Part shown: positions 63,214-64,000 of the stretch, piece by piece
Position numbering within the stretch: position 1 is the first letter of the stretch
How the letters are laid out: every line of letters begins with the position of its first letter
Assembly (NCBI GenBank): GCA_003344405.1
Contig: NOWV01000218.1
Coordinates: 1-64,000, forward strand
DNA length: 64,000 bases
Direction of reading: 5' to 3'
From: Trichoplax sp. H2
Lineage: Eukaryota
Position numbers and translations under genes: made by a program
Notes under the pieces: model-generated
Seen by the model: only the letters and a program-made list of their open reading frames with translations
Databases searched by the model: none
Told to the model about the DNA's origin: nothing

Positions 63214-64000
63214 GATGATTGAATGGATTTTGCTGTCGTCCAACGGAGATGAATTATGGAATCAACTGTAGTCAATTTGTCAAGATGGAGTAGACTACAA
63301 TGGTTTTCTCCTTCAAAGCAAGTAGAGGATGAGTGTGGATTAGCGTTTCTTTTTTTTTCTCCCTTTCGCTGTTGTTACGATCTGTCGTGACGGCAGAAAG
63401 GAAGACGCAATCGAGAGAGTAGAGAGTAAACTGTCAAGGCTTTCAATCAATCTTTCCAATGACTTTATAGAAAGGCAGGGAATAGAAGGAGGTGGATAAG
63501 TGCACCATAAATTGAGTCAGTGATTAATTTTTCAACGGTAGTAATAGCAATCGTCTACCTCGTCACCACCACACGTTGACTTCTATGTCGTCCTAGTTAG
63601 CGTCCTTTTAAGATATTGAAAATGATTTCGACGATAATCGATCGTCCAAGAAAGGCCCCAAGCAAGATCCAACGATGATCGTCCAATCTCCACACCAGCA
63701 GCAACTGCAATGCAATCGCTTACCTTGCTCTCGTCCAAGCAAAAGCAATATGCAACAGAGACGTTACTCGTTGCTGCGATCAATCTGAACGAGTGTCTCA
63801 CTGGATGGCAATGCTTTCCTAGTCAACAAGAGGAAGTAAATTGTCCTCTACACCTGTTCCATCCAAGCAAGAAGAGTACAAGATGCTTTCAAAGCCTGCA
63901 ATCCAATTCTTTCCCGCAGCTTCCACTAATAAAAGTGTCCAATTGCAGAAAAGGCCTGTGGGTGTTACTAAACAACTTTCTGGCCTAGTTAGTCAATTGA

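Noticed and set aside
63214..63243. TTG-initiated extension of kindlin suggested by the ORF track
   Set aside because: Poor -3 context, only 10 codons and no recognisable conserved peptide.

Overview
Eukaryotic, AT-rich, gene-dense genomic DNA with many short (~70-200 nt) GT-AG introns. The gene set is animal-type and the architecture resembles a placozoan such as Trichoplax; this taxon is inferred, not proven. I reconstructed ten protein-coding genes by hand from splice signals and remembered family motifs: MRPS12 (-), AP5M1 (+), an intronless opsin/melatonin-receptor-like class A GPCR (+), WDR26 (+), DTL/CDT2 (-), INTS7 (+), MTA (-), PIGH (+), CCDC97 (-) and kindlin/FERMT (-). There are also three minisatellite arrays, several short duplications and GTAC/ACAGT-rich promoter-proximal patches. 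I saw no rRNA, tRNA, CRISPR array or transposase ORF. Top observations: (1) WDR26 has an ATG-less, stop-bounded, in-frame 35-codon 5' extension starting at a CTG in ideal Kozak context, whose peptide (ASSDDET...SPPPRKK) resembles the non-AUG extension of human WDR26; (2) DTL and INTS7 are head-to-head, as in human, inside a block of genes mapping to one vertebrate paralogon; (3) MTA carries tandem C2H2 fingers, one broken by a single-base Cys-to-Arg change; (4) a 114-bp array keeps a long ORF and a 97-bp array rebuilds a ~32-bp palindrome at unit junctions. All homology calls come from recalled sequences, not database searches.
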